This document shows, piece after piece, positions 11,170 through 18,161 of a DNA stretch of 19,032 nucleotides. Source of the DNA: a virus; IMG/VR virus record IMGVR_UViG_3300045988_023605, positions 1 to 19,032 of that record; one strand, 5' to 3'. Under the pieces are notes generated by a model. It was not told where the DNA came from, searched no databases, and saw only the letters and a program-made list of their open reading frames with translations. Numbering within the stretch: position 1 is the first letter of the stretch; each line of letters opens with the position of its first letter. The position numbers were made by a program, and so were the translations under genes.

Positions 11170-12888
11170 TCAGGCGGCGGCAACGGTGACTTTCACCGTT
11201 CCAGTAGCTCCTGCGAACTTCACAGTGACGTTGGCGGCGCCTGCCGCGGTTCCAGTCAGGACGCCGTTAGGGGTGATGGTCGCGTTAGCGGCCACAGTCC
11301 ACAGTGCGAGGTTGGTCACGTCTGCGGTGTTGCCGTCCGTCTTGGTGGCGATAGCCTTAAGCGCGACATGGCCGTTCACTTTAACCGACTTTTCGCCTTG
11401 GATCTCGATGGACTCGATGGCACCAACCTTCCAGCCGCCAAGCCAAGCGCCAACCACCGGCACGGATAGTGCAGCGGAAACCGTCTGGTCGATTTCGGGG
11501 TGGGCGGGGTCGATATAAGTAGCCTGTGCCGTGACCTTGAGCACTTCGGCGGTCTCGTCGAGACCACAACGCAAAATACCCCCGTTGTCGATGGCTGTGA
11601 ACTGCGAAGACGCGCCCTCGACGGCGTACGTAATGCCAATCGGCTGGAACGATGCCGTATCCTTGTTGGCGCTGGTAATGACTGACTCAACCTGCACGAG
11701 GTCGCCACGCGACACGTTTTCGGGGGTGATGGCGGGCTGTCCATACTTCTTCACGCGCAAGGTAAACTCAGGCTTCGAGGTGGTGAGCGTATCCGGCAGA
11801 GTCACGGACTCGTTGGAGCCTTCACCCGTCCAGAAAAGAACCGCGTTCGCAAACGGATTCGGAGTGATAGACCCCCTATGTTTGTAGAAAATGTTGCGCG
11901 TTCCGTCAATCGGGTTCACGGGGGAGTTGGTGGTTTCAAGCATTTCGTCCCAGCAGAAGAAGAAGTCTTCCGTGGTCAGCACGGCCTGCACCTTACCGGC
12001 CGCGCCACCGATGCCGAACATATCCTCCGGAATCGGGATAATACGGTAGGGGACGTTGACTTTATCAATGTTAAACGCGGCGGCGAGAGCTTCGACGTTG
12101 AGTGCGGCGATTACCTGCGGAGTGGCGAAGAGGATGGCTTCGCTATCGCGCCACGGCGTCACCCAGCTCATAGCATTATAGCGCGGCATGGCACTCATTG
12201 GCGACGCCTTCAACTCGTTCGCCACCTGCTGAATAAGACGCAAGAGCCCCTTCGCGTCCGCTTCGGTCGAGTCGGCCTTGCCGACGTCGGGAGTATGCAC
12301 GCGGTAGAAACCACCCTTTCGCGCGTACTCAGCAAACGTCTGGGTCTTCATCAAGTACATGTCGTTCCTATCCGAGAGGATAGGAGCGTTCATGATTTCG
12401 CTGATGTAATCCGACATGCCACTTTCACCATCGAATGCCGTAAGCAAGGCGTCTTCGGGGATGGTGACGGGGTAATAATGGTCGAAAGTGAGGGGGTGAA
12501 ATACCGAAGCAGTCGGGAGAGAGTAGCGGCCATACACGTCGTCGCCCAAGTACTCTTTGTTGAAATTGCGAGTGCGGGCCTTGACCAAGCCGACTGCCGC
12601 CTGTTCATAGGTGCTGCCGTAGCGCTTGAGAGTGCGCGGCGAACCAATAAGCTTGAGCGGGTCGTCCCAATCAGCGTGTTGGATGTAAAGCCCAATCAGT
12701 CTCTGAATAAGCACCCCAGTAAACTCATCACGCAGGTAGGGGAAGTTGCGCATGGTGTCCACGGCGTTGCGGATATTGCCTTGCGTCGCGGACGGGATGC
12801 GAGTTTGGAACTGGGGGGAGGCGGCGTTACGGACGGCGTTGAAGATCTCAACGTCACCTTTACCGGCCAGTGGTCGAATATTGGACAT
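11170..12888 (-). CDS. Major capsid protein (phi29 gp8-like HK97 fold) with C-terminal Ig-like (Big_2-type) domains
   Basis: Blocks collinear with phi29 gp8: EIFNAVRNA, LLTAF, LAAAFN, EDFFFCWD and FANAVLF. The C-terminal ~180 aa look like two Ig-like repeats (…ALWTVAANATITPNGVLTGTAAGAANVTVKF…). The RBS is TAGGAGA. Confidence 0.93.
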   Translation of the reverse strand: MSNIRPLAGKGDVEIFNAVRNAASPQFQTRIPSATQGNIRNAVDTMRNFPYLRDEFTGVLIQRLIGLYIQHADWDDPLKLIGSPRTLKRYGSTYEQAAVGLVKARTRNFNKEYLGDDVYGRYSLPTASVFHPLTFDHYYPVTIPEDALLTAFDGESGMSDYISEIMNAPILSDRNDMYLMKTQTFAEYARKGGFYRVHTPDVGKADSTEADAKGLLRLIQQVANELKASPMSAMPRYNAMSWVTPWRDSEAILFATPQVIAALNVEALAAAFNIDKVNVPYRIIPIPEDMFGIGGAAGKVQAVLTTEDFFFCWDEMLETTNSPVNPIDGTRNIFYKHRGSITPNPFANAVLFWTGEGSNESVTLPDTLTTSKPEFTLRVKKYGQPAITPENVSRGDLVQVESVITSANKDTASFQPIGITYAVEGASSQFTAIDNGGILRCGLDETAEVLKVTAQATYIDPAHPEIDQTVSAALSVPVVGAWLGGWKVGAIESIEIQGEKSVKVNGHVALKAIATKTDGNTADVTNLALWTVAANATITPNGVLTGTAAGAANVTVKFAGATGTVKVTVAAA

Positions 12889-12908
12889 TATATTATCTCC
12901 TAACTGTT

Positions 12909-13190
12909 TTAGTCAAACAGATCTTCGATTGACTCTTGCGTCTCGTCGTTGTCGCCATCATCGTCGGACGGTGCGGGGTCATTGTAGCCGAGCGTATCCA
13001 GCATGGCTTTCAATGCAGCCAATTCTTTTTCGAGCGAGTCAAGGCGTGCGGAAACGTCCGGCTCCTGCCTCGGATCCGATTCCGATTCCTCTTTCGGCTT
13101 AACCTCGTCATCCACGGTTTCCGTCTGCCGTTCCTCTTCGGTCGGTGGCGTGGTAGTATTTTCTTCGCCGTCAGTATTTGGGTCTGCCAT
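12909..13190 (-). CDS. Scaffolding protein (phi29 gp7 position)
   Basis: 93 aa, very acidic, with a helical LDSLEKELAALKAMLDTL segment. It lies directly upstream of the capsid gene and is the first gene after the late promoter. Confidence 0.7.
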   Translation of the reverse strand: MADPNTDGEENTTTPPTEEERQTETVDDEVKPKEESESDPRQEPDVSARLDSLEKELAALKAMLDTLGYNDPAPSDDDGDNDETQESIEDLFD

Positions 13191-13226
13191 GTAAGCTCCC
13201 TTCGTATTGGTCGATATTCCGTTAAA

Positions 13227-13235
13227 ATTATATCA
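13227..13235 (-). promoter_or_regulatory. Late promoter (extended -10 TGATATAAT, no convincing -35)
   Basis: The reverse complement of 13227-13235 is TGATATAAT. It lies 37 nt upstream of the scaffold ATG and directly downstream of the early terminator. Confidence 0.6.
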
Positions 13236-13244
13236 TGCGGCAGG

Positions 13245-13411
13245 AGGAATAAATGACCCTCCAATCACGGAGGGTCTGAATCGTCCTATCAGAGCGCGGA
13301 TTGATAATCGTAGGGCACTACCACCACGGTAGCAAATCATGGTCGGCGGCATTCTCAGCCGTGGCAATCCGACACGTGTCGTTCCCAGTCGAAAATCGAC
13401 GCTCACAAGAC
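13245..13411 (-). ncRNA. Candidate ~165-nt structured small RNA (possible phi29-type packaging RNA)
   Basis: There is no ORF. It has its own extended -10 box (13418-13426) and terminator (13255-13276). A 5'/3' closing helix contains strand-specific G.U pairs. There is also a bulged hairpin and a second hairpin whose loop is complementary to the bulge (details in findings). Confidence 0.45.
13255..13276 (-). terminator. Intrinsic terminator ending the early block / small-RNA unit
   Basis: GACCCTCC-N6-GGAGGGTC (8-bp perfect stem). On the minus strand it is followed by AUUUAUU. Confidence 0.75.
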
Positions 13412-13417
13412 ACAACA

Positions 13418-13426
13418 ATTATAGCA
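13418..13426 (-). promoter_or_regulatory. Extended -10 promoter TGCTATAAT overlapping the polymerase stop codon
   Basis: The reverse complement of 13418-13426 is TGCTATAAT. Its TAA (13421-13419) is the stop of the polymerase CDS. The predicted start is near G13411. Confidence 0.5.
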
Positions 13427-14870
13427 TGACCATTGTGCTGTAATCATCCATGACTTGCACACCATGTCTAAACCTTTCGTAGGGGATAGGCTGAGAAAAC
13501 ATGTTTCCGGCCATACAGACGTCCACTTCGCCGTCTTCTCTCCATCCTTGATAACGGTTCATGCCAAGTATGGTGAGTTTTTCGTATTTGGCGGCGATTT
13601 TCCATTTTCCGAGTTCGGTTGGATGTATGTCGCATGATTTCACCGGCTCCCAGCCGGATAGGATACAACCGTCCGTATTGGCGTACAGCAATCGGTCAGA
13701 GTTGGTATGGCACACGTCCATAAGCTTGCGGCGGGCGTAGGCGTTGACCCAAATTGGCACGGGCAGATAGTCGGTTTTCAGGTTCGATTCTTCACGTTGT
13801 GCGACATCCCAGTCAAGAGTTATTCCGTCTTTGGAGAGTGGGAGCATGACAGCGCCTTTTGGCAGACTCGCCATTTTGCCTACGAGAGCGTTCATGACTA
13901 GTTTTGCCATCTGCCGTTTCTCGCCCGTCGCCTTCTGTTTCATATCCCCCCATTCATCGACGAACGAACGGAAGAAACCTTTGGAGCGACGAAATTTCCA
14001 CCCCCTAACATGCTTGTAGATGCTCACGTCATAATTCCGATAAAGCAGTTCTTGGTCGATGTCGGTCAAGACACGCGTGATATATCCACGCGTTGAGGTG
14101 AGTCGGTTGAGTCCGTACACGCTGCGGTTGTCGAGTAGAAAAGGGTAGCCGTCCGGTTTGAGTTCCGCGCGAAACGTGAGTTCATCGCAATGCAACGGCA
14201 TGTCATTGTCCTGCACGTATCGCCCTTCGTATGGTTCCGGTTCGCCCCAAGGAAGCCATTTATCTCGTAATATGGACGGATACATGGAATTGCAGTCAAC
14301 GTCGATAGCCTTTCCATAAACCCCCTCTTTGACGAACATGAAACCGCCGATATAGGCGTCATGCAATGACTTTTTGATTTCGACGTCGAGTTGTGGGAAT
14401 TTGTTGTAATACCATTTCCACTCGCCGGATGCGAACGCTTCCATGCTCGCGCCGCCCGCCGTGATTTTGCATAAGCCACGGTTATTGTATTCTCGCAGGA
14501 TGTTGAGCAGTTGTGTGTCGGTCATGGTGAGACGGCAATTTTCCCGTAAAAGGTTCGATATGTCGAAGAATCGTGCGGAATTTTCGCGGTCGATACGCGC
14601 GCTAAAGCTGAAAAATTTGCCTTTTTTCGACACTATCGCATCCCAACTCAAATTAGAATTATGCTCGTTATGAGGGAGGGAGTGTACGACATGCGCGATA
14701 AACGAGTCTAGCAGTTCTGGGTCGGTCATGTAGACGATGAGTTTGCCGCCTGACATGATGGACGCCAAAAGGCGGTTAGGCGCGGTGATGTCACGCAGGA
14801 CGGTGCCGTCCGTAAAGCGTATAACGTTATCCGCACACCATAATCCCACTCTGTTATCTAGCTTGGTCAT
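13419..14870 (-). CDS. Protein-primed family-B DNA polymerase (phi29 gp2-like), compact 483 aa
   Basis: Motifs: YxGG (AYIGGF), motif A DCNSMYP, motif B KLVMNALVGK, motif C YANTDG. Long blocks are collinear with phi29 gp2: ITAGGASMEAF, LPWGEPEPYEGRYVQDNDMPLH, a TPR2-like insertion before WVNAYAR, LGKW, and a C-terminal VMDDYSTM. Confidence 0.95.
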   Translation of the reverse strand: MTKLDNRVGLWCADNVIRFTDGTVLRDITAPNRLLASIMSGGKLIVYMTDPELLDSFIAHVVHSLPHNEHNSNLSWDAIVSKKGKFFSFSARIDRENSARFFDISNLLRENCRLTMTDTQLLNILREYNNRGLCKITAGGASMEAFASGEWKWYYNKFPQLDVEIKKSLHDAYIGGFMFVKEGVYGKAIDVDCNSMYPSILRDKWLPWGEPEPYEGRYVQDNDMPLHCDELTFRAELKPDGYPFLLDNRSVYGLNRLTSTRGYITRVLTDIDQELLYRNYDVSIYKHVRGWKFRRSKGFFRSFVDEWGDMKQKATGEKRQMAKLVMNALVGKMASLPKGAVMLPLSKDGITLDWDVAQREESNLKTDYLPVPIWVNAYARRKLMDVCHTNSDRLLYANTDGCILSGWEPVKSCDIHPTELGKWKIAAKYEKLTILGMNRYQGWREDGEVDVCMAGNMFSQPIPYERFRHGVQVMDDYSTMVML

Positions 14871-14897
14871 GGTATAACTTCCCTTGCTTGCTGTCCG

Positions 14898-15860
14898 CTA
14901 CTTTTCCAGTGCGCCCGCTTCCGTCATCCAACGGTCAAACTGCTTGCGGGAGCGCTGATAGCCATTACTGTTATCGCGAAATATCGATGTGAAGCCGTGG
15001 CGAACTGGGTCGTACACAGTCCAGTCGAACACGACACGGGGGGCGTCCGTCTGTTCGATAAACGCACGTTTCTGCGCGGCCGATAGTTGACGGAATCGTT
15101 TCAACCGTTTCGAGCCGAGCGTGGTGGCTAGAATCTTCTCGAACACCTCATAGCGTCCGCGACTCATGTAAGACGGCCATTCGTGTTCACCGTACAAGCC
15201 TTTATCCTGTTTGCCCGTCTTCCGCTTTTTGGACGGTTTGCGTTTCTGTTCGGTGCGCAATCCCAGTATTTCGGCGACGTCGTGCATCTGCTCAAGCAGT
15301 TCGTTACGGTGTCCGCTTTCCAGTTGGGAGCGTACGAATGCTTCGTCACTCAGCACGTTCGTCATTTGCAAAAAATCAGTGAGTTTTGACGGGATGATCT
15401 GGTTTCGTCCGAAACCTTCGCCGGTGGTGCCGGTGATTTCTGCTGCACGCTGCTCGTACACGCTTTTCGCGGGCATGGCCTGAGCCCTGTTCCATTCGTT
15501 GATTTTCCGTCGTGCCATATTGATTTTCCGCTGCTGTTGTCTGAGCAGTTTACGTCGTTTCGCCACCGGTTCCGCGTCAATCTGCGCGTTGGTGATGGGC
15601 GTGCGCTGGGCGAACATGATGTCTTTCTTCGTCGGCTTTTCTACGGCGGTGGCATGATATGGTGTTGCTTTCGCTTCCGCTATGGCCTGCTTCTTCTGCC
15701 GCTCCCACTCCTTGCCGAGCGTTTTGGCGATGTTGACCAATTGTTTGTCCGCGGTTTTGGCGAGATTAGAGCGCGAGTAGGCGCCAAGCTGCTTGATGTT
15801 GCGGGCGGCGCGTGCTTGCGCGGCTTGACGTGCCTTGACATGCTTTTGCTTCCGAGACAT
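14898..15860 (-). CDS. Putative terminal protein (replication primer)
   Basis: Positional inference only. It is a 320-aa Lys/Arg-rich protein immediately upstream of the protein-primed polymerase, as in phi29 (gene 3 then gene 2). I could not see sequence similarity to phi29 TP by eye. Confidence 0.55.
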   Translation of the reverse strand: MSRKQKHVKARQAAQARAARNIKQLGAYSRSNLAKTADKQLVNIAKTLGKEWERQKKQAIAEAKATPYHATAVEKPTKKDIMFAQRTPITNAQIDAEPVAKRRKLLRQQQRKINMARRKINEWNRAQAMPAKSVYEQRAAEITGTTGEGFGRNQIIPSKLTDFLQMTNVLSDEAFVRSQLESGHRNELLEQMHDVAEILGLRTEQKRKPSKKRKTGKQDKGLYGEHEWPSYMSRGRYEVFEKILATTLGSKRLKRFRQLSAAQKRAFIEQTDAPRVVFDWTVYDPVRHGFTSIFRDNSNGYQRSRKQFDRWMTEAGALEK

Positions 15861-15882
15861 ATGGCACAGTCCTTAAGACGGC

Positions 15883-15906
15883 GAGAGCACCCAAATGGGT
15901 GCCCTC
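15883..15906 (-). promoter_or_regulatory. 10-bp hairpin in the 5' leader of the terminal-protein mRNA
   Basis: The minus RNA is GAGGGCACCC-AUUU-GGGUGCUCUC. One pair is G.U on the minus strand but a C.A mismatch on the plus strand, so the hairpin is strand specific. No U-run follows. Confidence 0.5.
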
Positions 15907-15928
15907 TATGAATGAACGCTACCTAACG

Positions 15929-15937
15929 ATTATAGCA
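15929..15937 (-). promoter_or_regulatory. Extended -10 promoter TGCTATAAT upstream of the terminal protein / polymerase genes
   Basis: The reverse complement of 15929-15937 is TGCTATAAT. It lies 7 nt after the SSB-like gene stop (15944-15946). Confidence 0.5.
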
Positions 15938-15943
15938 AGCTGT

Positions 15944-16381
15944 TCACTTGGTTTCCTCGTCCACCGGCTCAATGCTGAAAAACTTGAAGCCGCGGCGAGA
16001 ACGACGTTCCACCACCTTGATGCACAGCGGTTCCGTCCAAGTGTTCGGCGTGCCGAAAATACCGAACATGGTGTTAAGTCCAGCGGCGAGAGTCGGGGAG
16101 GTGGCCGCATACGCCTTATTGTCATCGGTCACGATAATGACGCGCACGGTGTTGGAGATTTCTCCCGTCTGGTCGTCGGTCACCTGCACGGCCTGCGCGA
16201 CTGCGTTCGTCATATTCAACGGCTCGTTAAGGTGTTCGTCAAGCTTTTCGGCGTTCTGCAATGCGCTGTAAAGCTTGATTTTACCTTCACGGGTGGAAGT
16301 GTCGATGAAGTGCTGGACGGTGCCGAGTTCGGTGTTTTCGGTGTTGAATGCGACGAGTGCGTTATTGTTGTTGTTTTCCAT
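15944..16381 (-). CDS. Putative single-stranded DNA-binding protein (phage SSB-like)
   Basis: 145 aa. The pattern KIKLYSAL...L...V...TGE...VRVIIVTDDNKAY.ATS...GL..MF.IFG.P..W.EPL.IKV resembles the Firmicute-phage SSB family as I recall it. It sits upstream of TP/polymerase, like phi29 gene 5. Confidence 0.5.
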   Translation of the reverse strand: MENNNNNALVAFNTENTELGTVQHFIDTSTREGKIKLYSALQNAEKLDEHLNEPLNMTNAVAQAVQVTDDQTGEISNTVRVIIVTDDNKAYAATSPTLAAGLNTMFGIFGTPNTWTEPLCIKVVERRSRRGFKFFSIEPVDEETK

Positions 16382-16437
16382 TGTTTAACCTTTCCTAGAT
16401 TGTTTTTGTTTTGTTTTCAGGCTTGCGCCTAAAATCT

Positions 16438-16466
16438 TTTATATCACATGCCGTCATTATTTTCAA
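16438..16466 (-). promoter_or_regulatory. Promoter for the SSB-like gene: TTGAAA-17 nt-TATAAA with extended TG
   Basis: The -35 TTGAAA is the reverse complement of 16461-16466. TGaTATAAA is the reverse complement of 16438-16446, and its TGA is the stop codon of the upstream CDS. The motif AACGACACGCC lies 4 nt upstream of the -35. Confidence 0.6.
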
Positions 16467-16758
16467 TGTCGGCGTGTCGTTTTGTATGTTCTTCCGGTTT
16501 CCACTCTTGAGGTTTCTCGAAAGTGGCATACTTGTAAAAAGTTTCCTCATTCATAGAAACTTTTTGCGAAAAAATGTTGATGGAACGCGGCATGAAGTTC
16601 GGAAACAGTTTCTTCGCACGAACCGAATACGCGCGTTCGTCCTTCAAGCGTCCATCGATAACGTGTTCGGCTTCCATGAAGTCGCCGCCCACCAATTCCA
16701 TGCCCTTGAGCACGGCATAGACGCGCGTGCGGAAAATATCGGTTTTGGTTCTAGCCAT
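16444..16758 (-). CDS. Hypothetical early protein (104 aa from ATG 16758), in the position of phi29 gene 6
   Basis: The track start at 16800 overlaps the upstream gene by 38 nt. The internal ATG at 16758 has AAGGAG 9 nt upstream and follows the upstream stop (16763). The C-terminus is acidic. Function unknown. Confidence 0.65.
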   Translation of the reverse strand: MARTKTDIFRTRVYAVLKGMELVGGDFMEAEHVIDGRLKDERAYSVRAKKLFPNFMPRSINIFSQKVSMNEETFYKYATFEKPQEWKPEEHTKRHADIENNDGM

Positions 16759-16762
16759 GTGT

Positions 16763-17278
16763 TCACACTCCTTGTAAGATTTTTTGCAACTCATCGTCAT
16801 TATATCGTTTCGTGTCTAGTCTGTCAAAATTTTTGAACACTGCGATAATCAAGTTTCGTGCTTGCTGGTTGTCGAAAATCGTGCAACAGTCGTATGACGT
16901 GCCGCCCTTGACGGCGCAGACGGCACACCATGCAACCAGATTAGGCGGATTGACGGATCCGTCCAAATATTCCACATCGAACGTTCGAGATAGGGCGGCG
17001 GCGAGTCCGTCCCACGTGGTCAGACTGCCGCAGATCTGTGACACGGCGACAACCGCTTGTGTAAACCATGCGCTAGGCGCGTCACGCCACAGTTCGCATA
17101 GCATGTTCACGGCACGACAGCAGGTTTCGAAATCACCAAACCCCATGTCGAAGCGCTTAAGGTTCAGTTCACGTTTATGGCCTTTTGTGGCGCGGACAAT
17201 GCGTTTGCTTTCCATGACAGAGTCGTCGAAGTTACGCATGCGATAAATCGGACGTCTGTCATCACCGCGCCTAAACAT
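16763..17278 (-). CDS. Hypothetical early protein (171 aa)
   Basis: Long ORF in the early block. Its ATG overlaps the stop of the upstream small ORF (ATGTTTAG). I recognise no motif. Confidence 0.7.
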   Translation of the reverse strand: MFRRGDDRRPIYRMRNFDDSVMESKRIVRATKGHKRELNLKRFDMGFGDFETCCRAVNMLCELWRDAPSAWFTQAVVAVSQICGSLTTWDGLAAALSRTFDVEYLDGSVNPPNLVAWCAVCAVKGGTSYDCCTIFDNQQARNLIIAVFKNFDRLDTKRYNDDELQKILQGV

Positions 17279-17447
17279 AATATCGTTCCTCGACTCGAAA
17301 ATATGAGATGTTTTCCGTATGAGAGCGGATAGCCACCCACCTTTTAATCAAGTCTGCCGCGTCCTTGTATGAGGGCGCGTAGCCGACTTCGATAGGCGGT
17401 TTACGCGCATCCCTCAAGTACGCGAGAGCCACGAAAGTGCTGTACAT
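17271..17447 (-). CDS. Hypothetical early protein (58 aa); not in the ORF track
   Basis: Hand translation gives MYSTFVALAYLRDARKPPIEVGYAPSYKDAADLIKRWVAIRSHTENISYFRVEERYYV. It starts 3 nt after the stop of 17451..17654 and overlaps the next ATG, filling an otherwise unexplained 170-nt gap. Confidence 0.55.
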   Translation of the reverse strand: MYSTFVALAYLRDARKPPIEVGYAPSYKDAADLIKRWVAIRSHTENISYFRVEERYYV

Positions 17448-17450
17448 GTC

Positions 17451-17654
17451 TCAAAACTCCAATTCGTCAACAAAATCGCTGTCGCCGTATAGCCACATGG
17501 TCGCCCACAATTGTTTATCAGGGCAGCGTTTCGGCGGATTGGTGGCGCTCCGCTTATGATGCCTGCCCGCCCAGAACGCACGCAGGCGCCAATAACTGTC
17601 AGCATCCGGACACGTGACGCATATCCATGAATGTATCCAACCACGAAAATACAT
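17451..17654 (-). CDS. Hypothetical early protein (67 aa, Trp/Cys-rich)
   Basis: The RBS TAGGAG is 6 nt before the ATG. It packs tightly against its neighbours. I prefer it over the overlapping frame 17414..17644. Confidence 0.6.
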   Translation of the reverse strand: MYFRGWIHSWICVTCPDADSYWRLRAFWAGRHHKRSATNPPKRCPDKQLWATMWLYGDSDFVDELEF

Positions 17655-17656
17655 GG

Positions 17657-17902
17657 CTAACTCCTATCCTTGAGTGGTTTGGCTGCGATATCCATAGCGT
17701 CCAGCACCATAGCACGCATTTCATTTGCCTTCGTAGGGTCATAACCACACCGCGCAACACCCTCAGTCAAACCTACCGGCGTATGAGATTCCACATTATA
17801 TGTCAGATAAAACAACTGTTGGTGAGTGCAGTATTCTATACGCACATCACCCCCCCATATGGGACTGTTGAACTTTCCTACACGAATATCACCATAACGC
17901 AT
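17657..17902 (-). CDS. Hypothetical early protein (81 aa)
   Basis: The ATG has the RBS AAAGGGTGA. It packs tightly with the downstream ORF. Confidence 0.7.
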   Translation of the reverse strand: MRYGDIRVGKFNSPIWGGDVRIEYCTHQQLFYLTYNVESHTPVGLTEGVARCGYDPTKANEMRAMVLDAMDIAAKPLKDRS

Positions 17903-17921
17903 TTTTAATCACCCTTTCCAA

Positions 17922-18161
17922 TCAGATACCGTAAAGGAAAACGAGTAGAGCGACGACAACCAAACACAATGTCACCGTGATGGCAATAAGAGACATCACT
18001 TCACGAAAATCATCATGCGTAACATCACTCAAGCCGACAACGGCGAGAGAAATACCCACCAAGAGCGCGAAAAACAAAATTGCACACCCAATAAACCGGA
18101 AAACCACCAAAGCAACCACTCCTATATCATACCAAAAACGACAACAATGCCGATAACGCAC
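17922..18161 (-). CDS. Small multi-pass membrane protein; 5' end uncertain (GTG in track; see split-ORF finding)
   Basis: The C-terminal ~65 aa form two clear TM segments. The first ~13 residues in this frame (RYRHCCRFWYDIG) look non-native. A 22-aa hydrophobic ORF (18122..18190) with a good RBS and ATG lies one frame off upstream. Confidence 0.5.
   Translation of the reverse strand: MRYRHCCRFWYDIGVVALVVFRFIGCAILFFALLVGISLAVVGLSDVTHDDFREVMSLIAITVTLCLVVVALLVFLYGI

Noticed and set aside
11878-12903. 341-aa plus-strand ORF, and similar long plus-strand ORFs at 2976..3620, 4363..5184, 10441..11085, 3539..3958 and 15899..16432
   Set aside because: All are antisense to minus-strand genes with strong recognisable homology (capsid, tail lysin, SGNH fibre, tail knob, SSB-like). 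They are Arg/Gly/Val-rich shadow frames, often start at GTG/TTG, and lack an RBS.
17414-17644. Alternative 76-aa ORF overlapping 17451..17654
   Set aside because: It has no RBS. It would break the tight stop/start chaining of the neighbouring ORFs and would overlap the hand-found 58-aa ORF 17271..17447.
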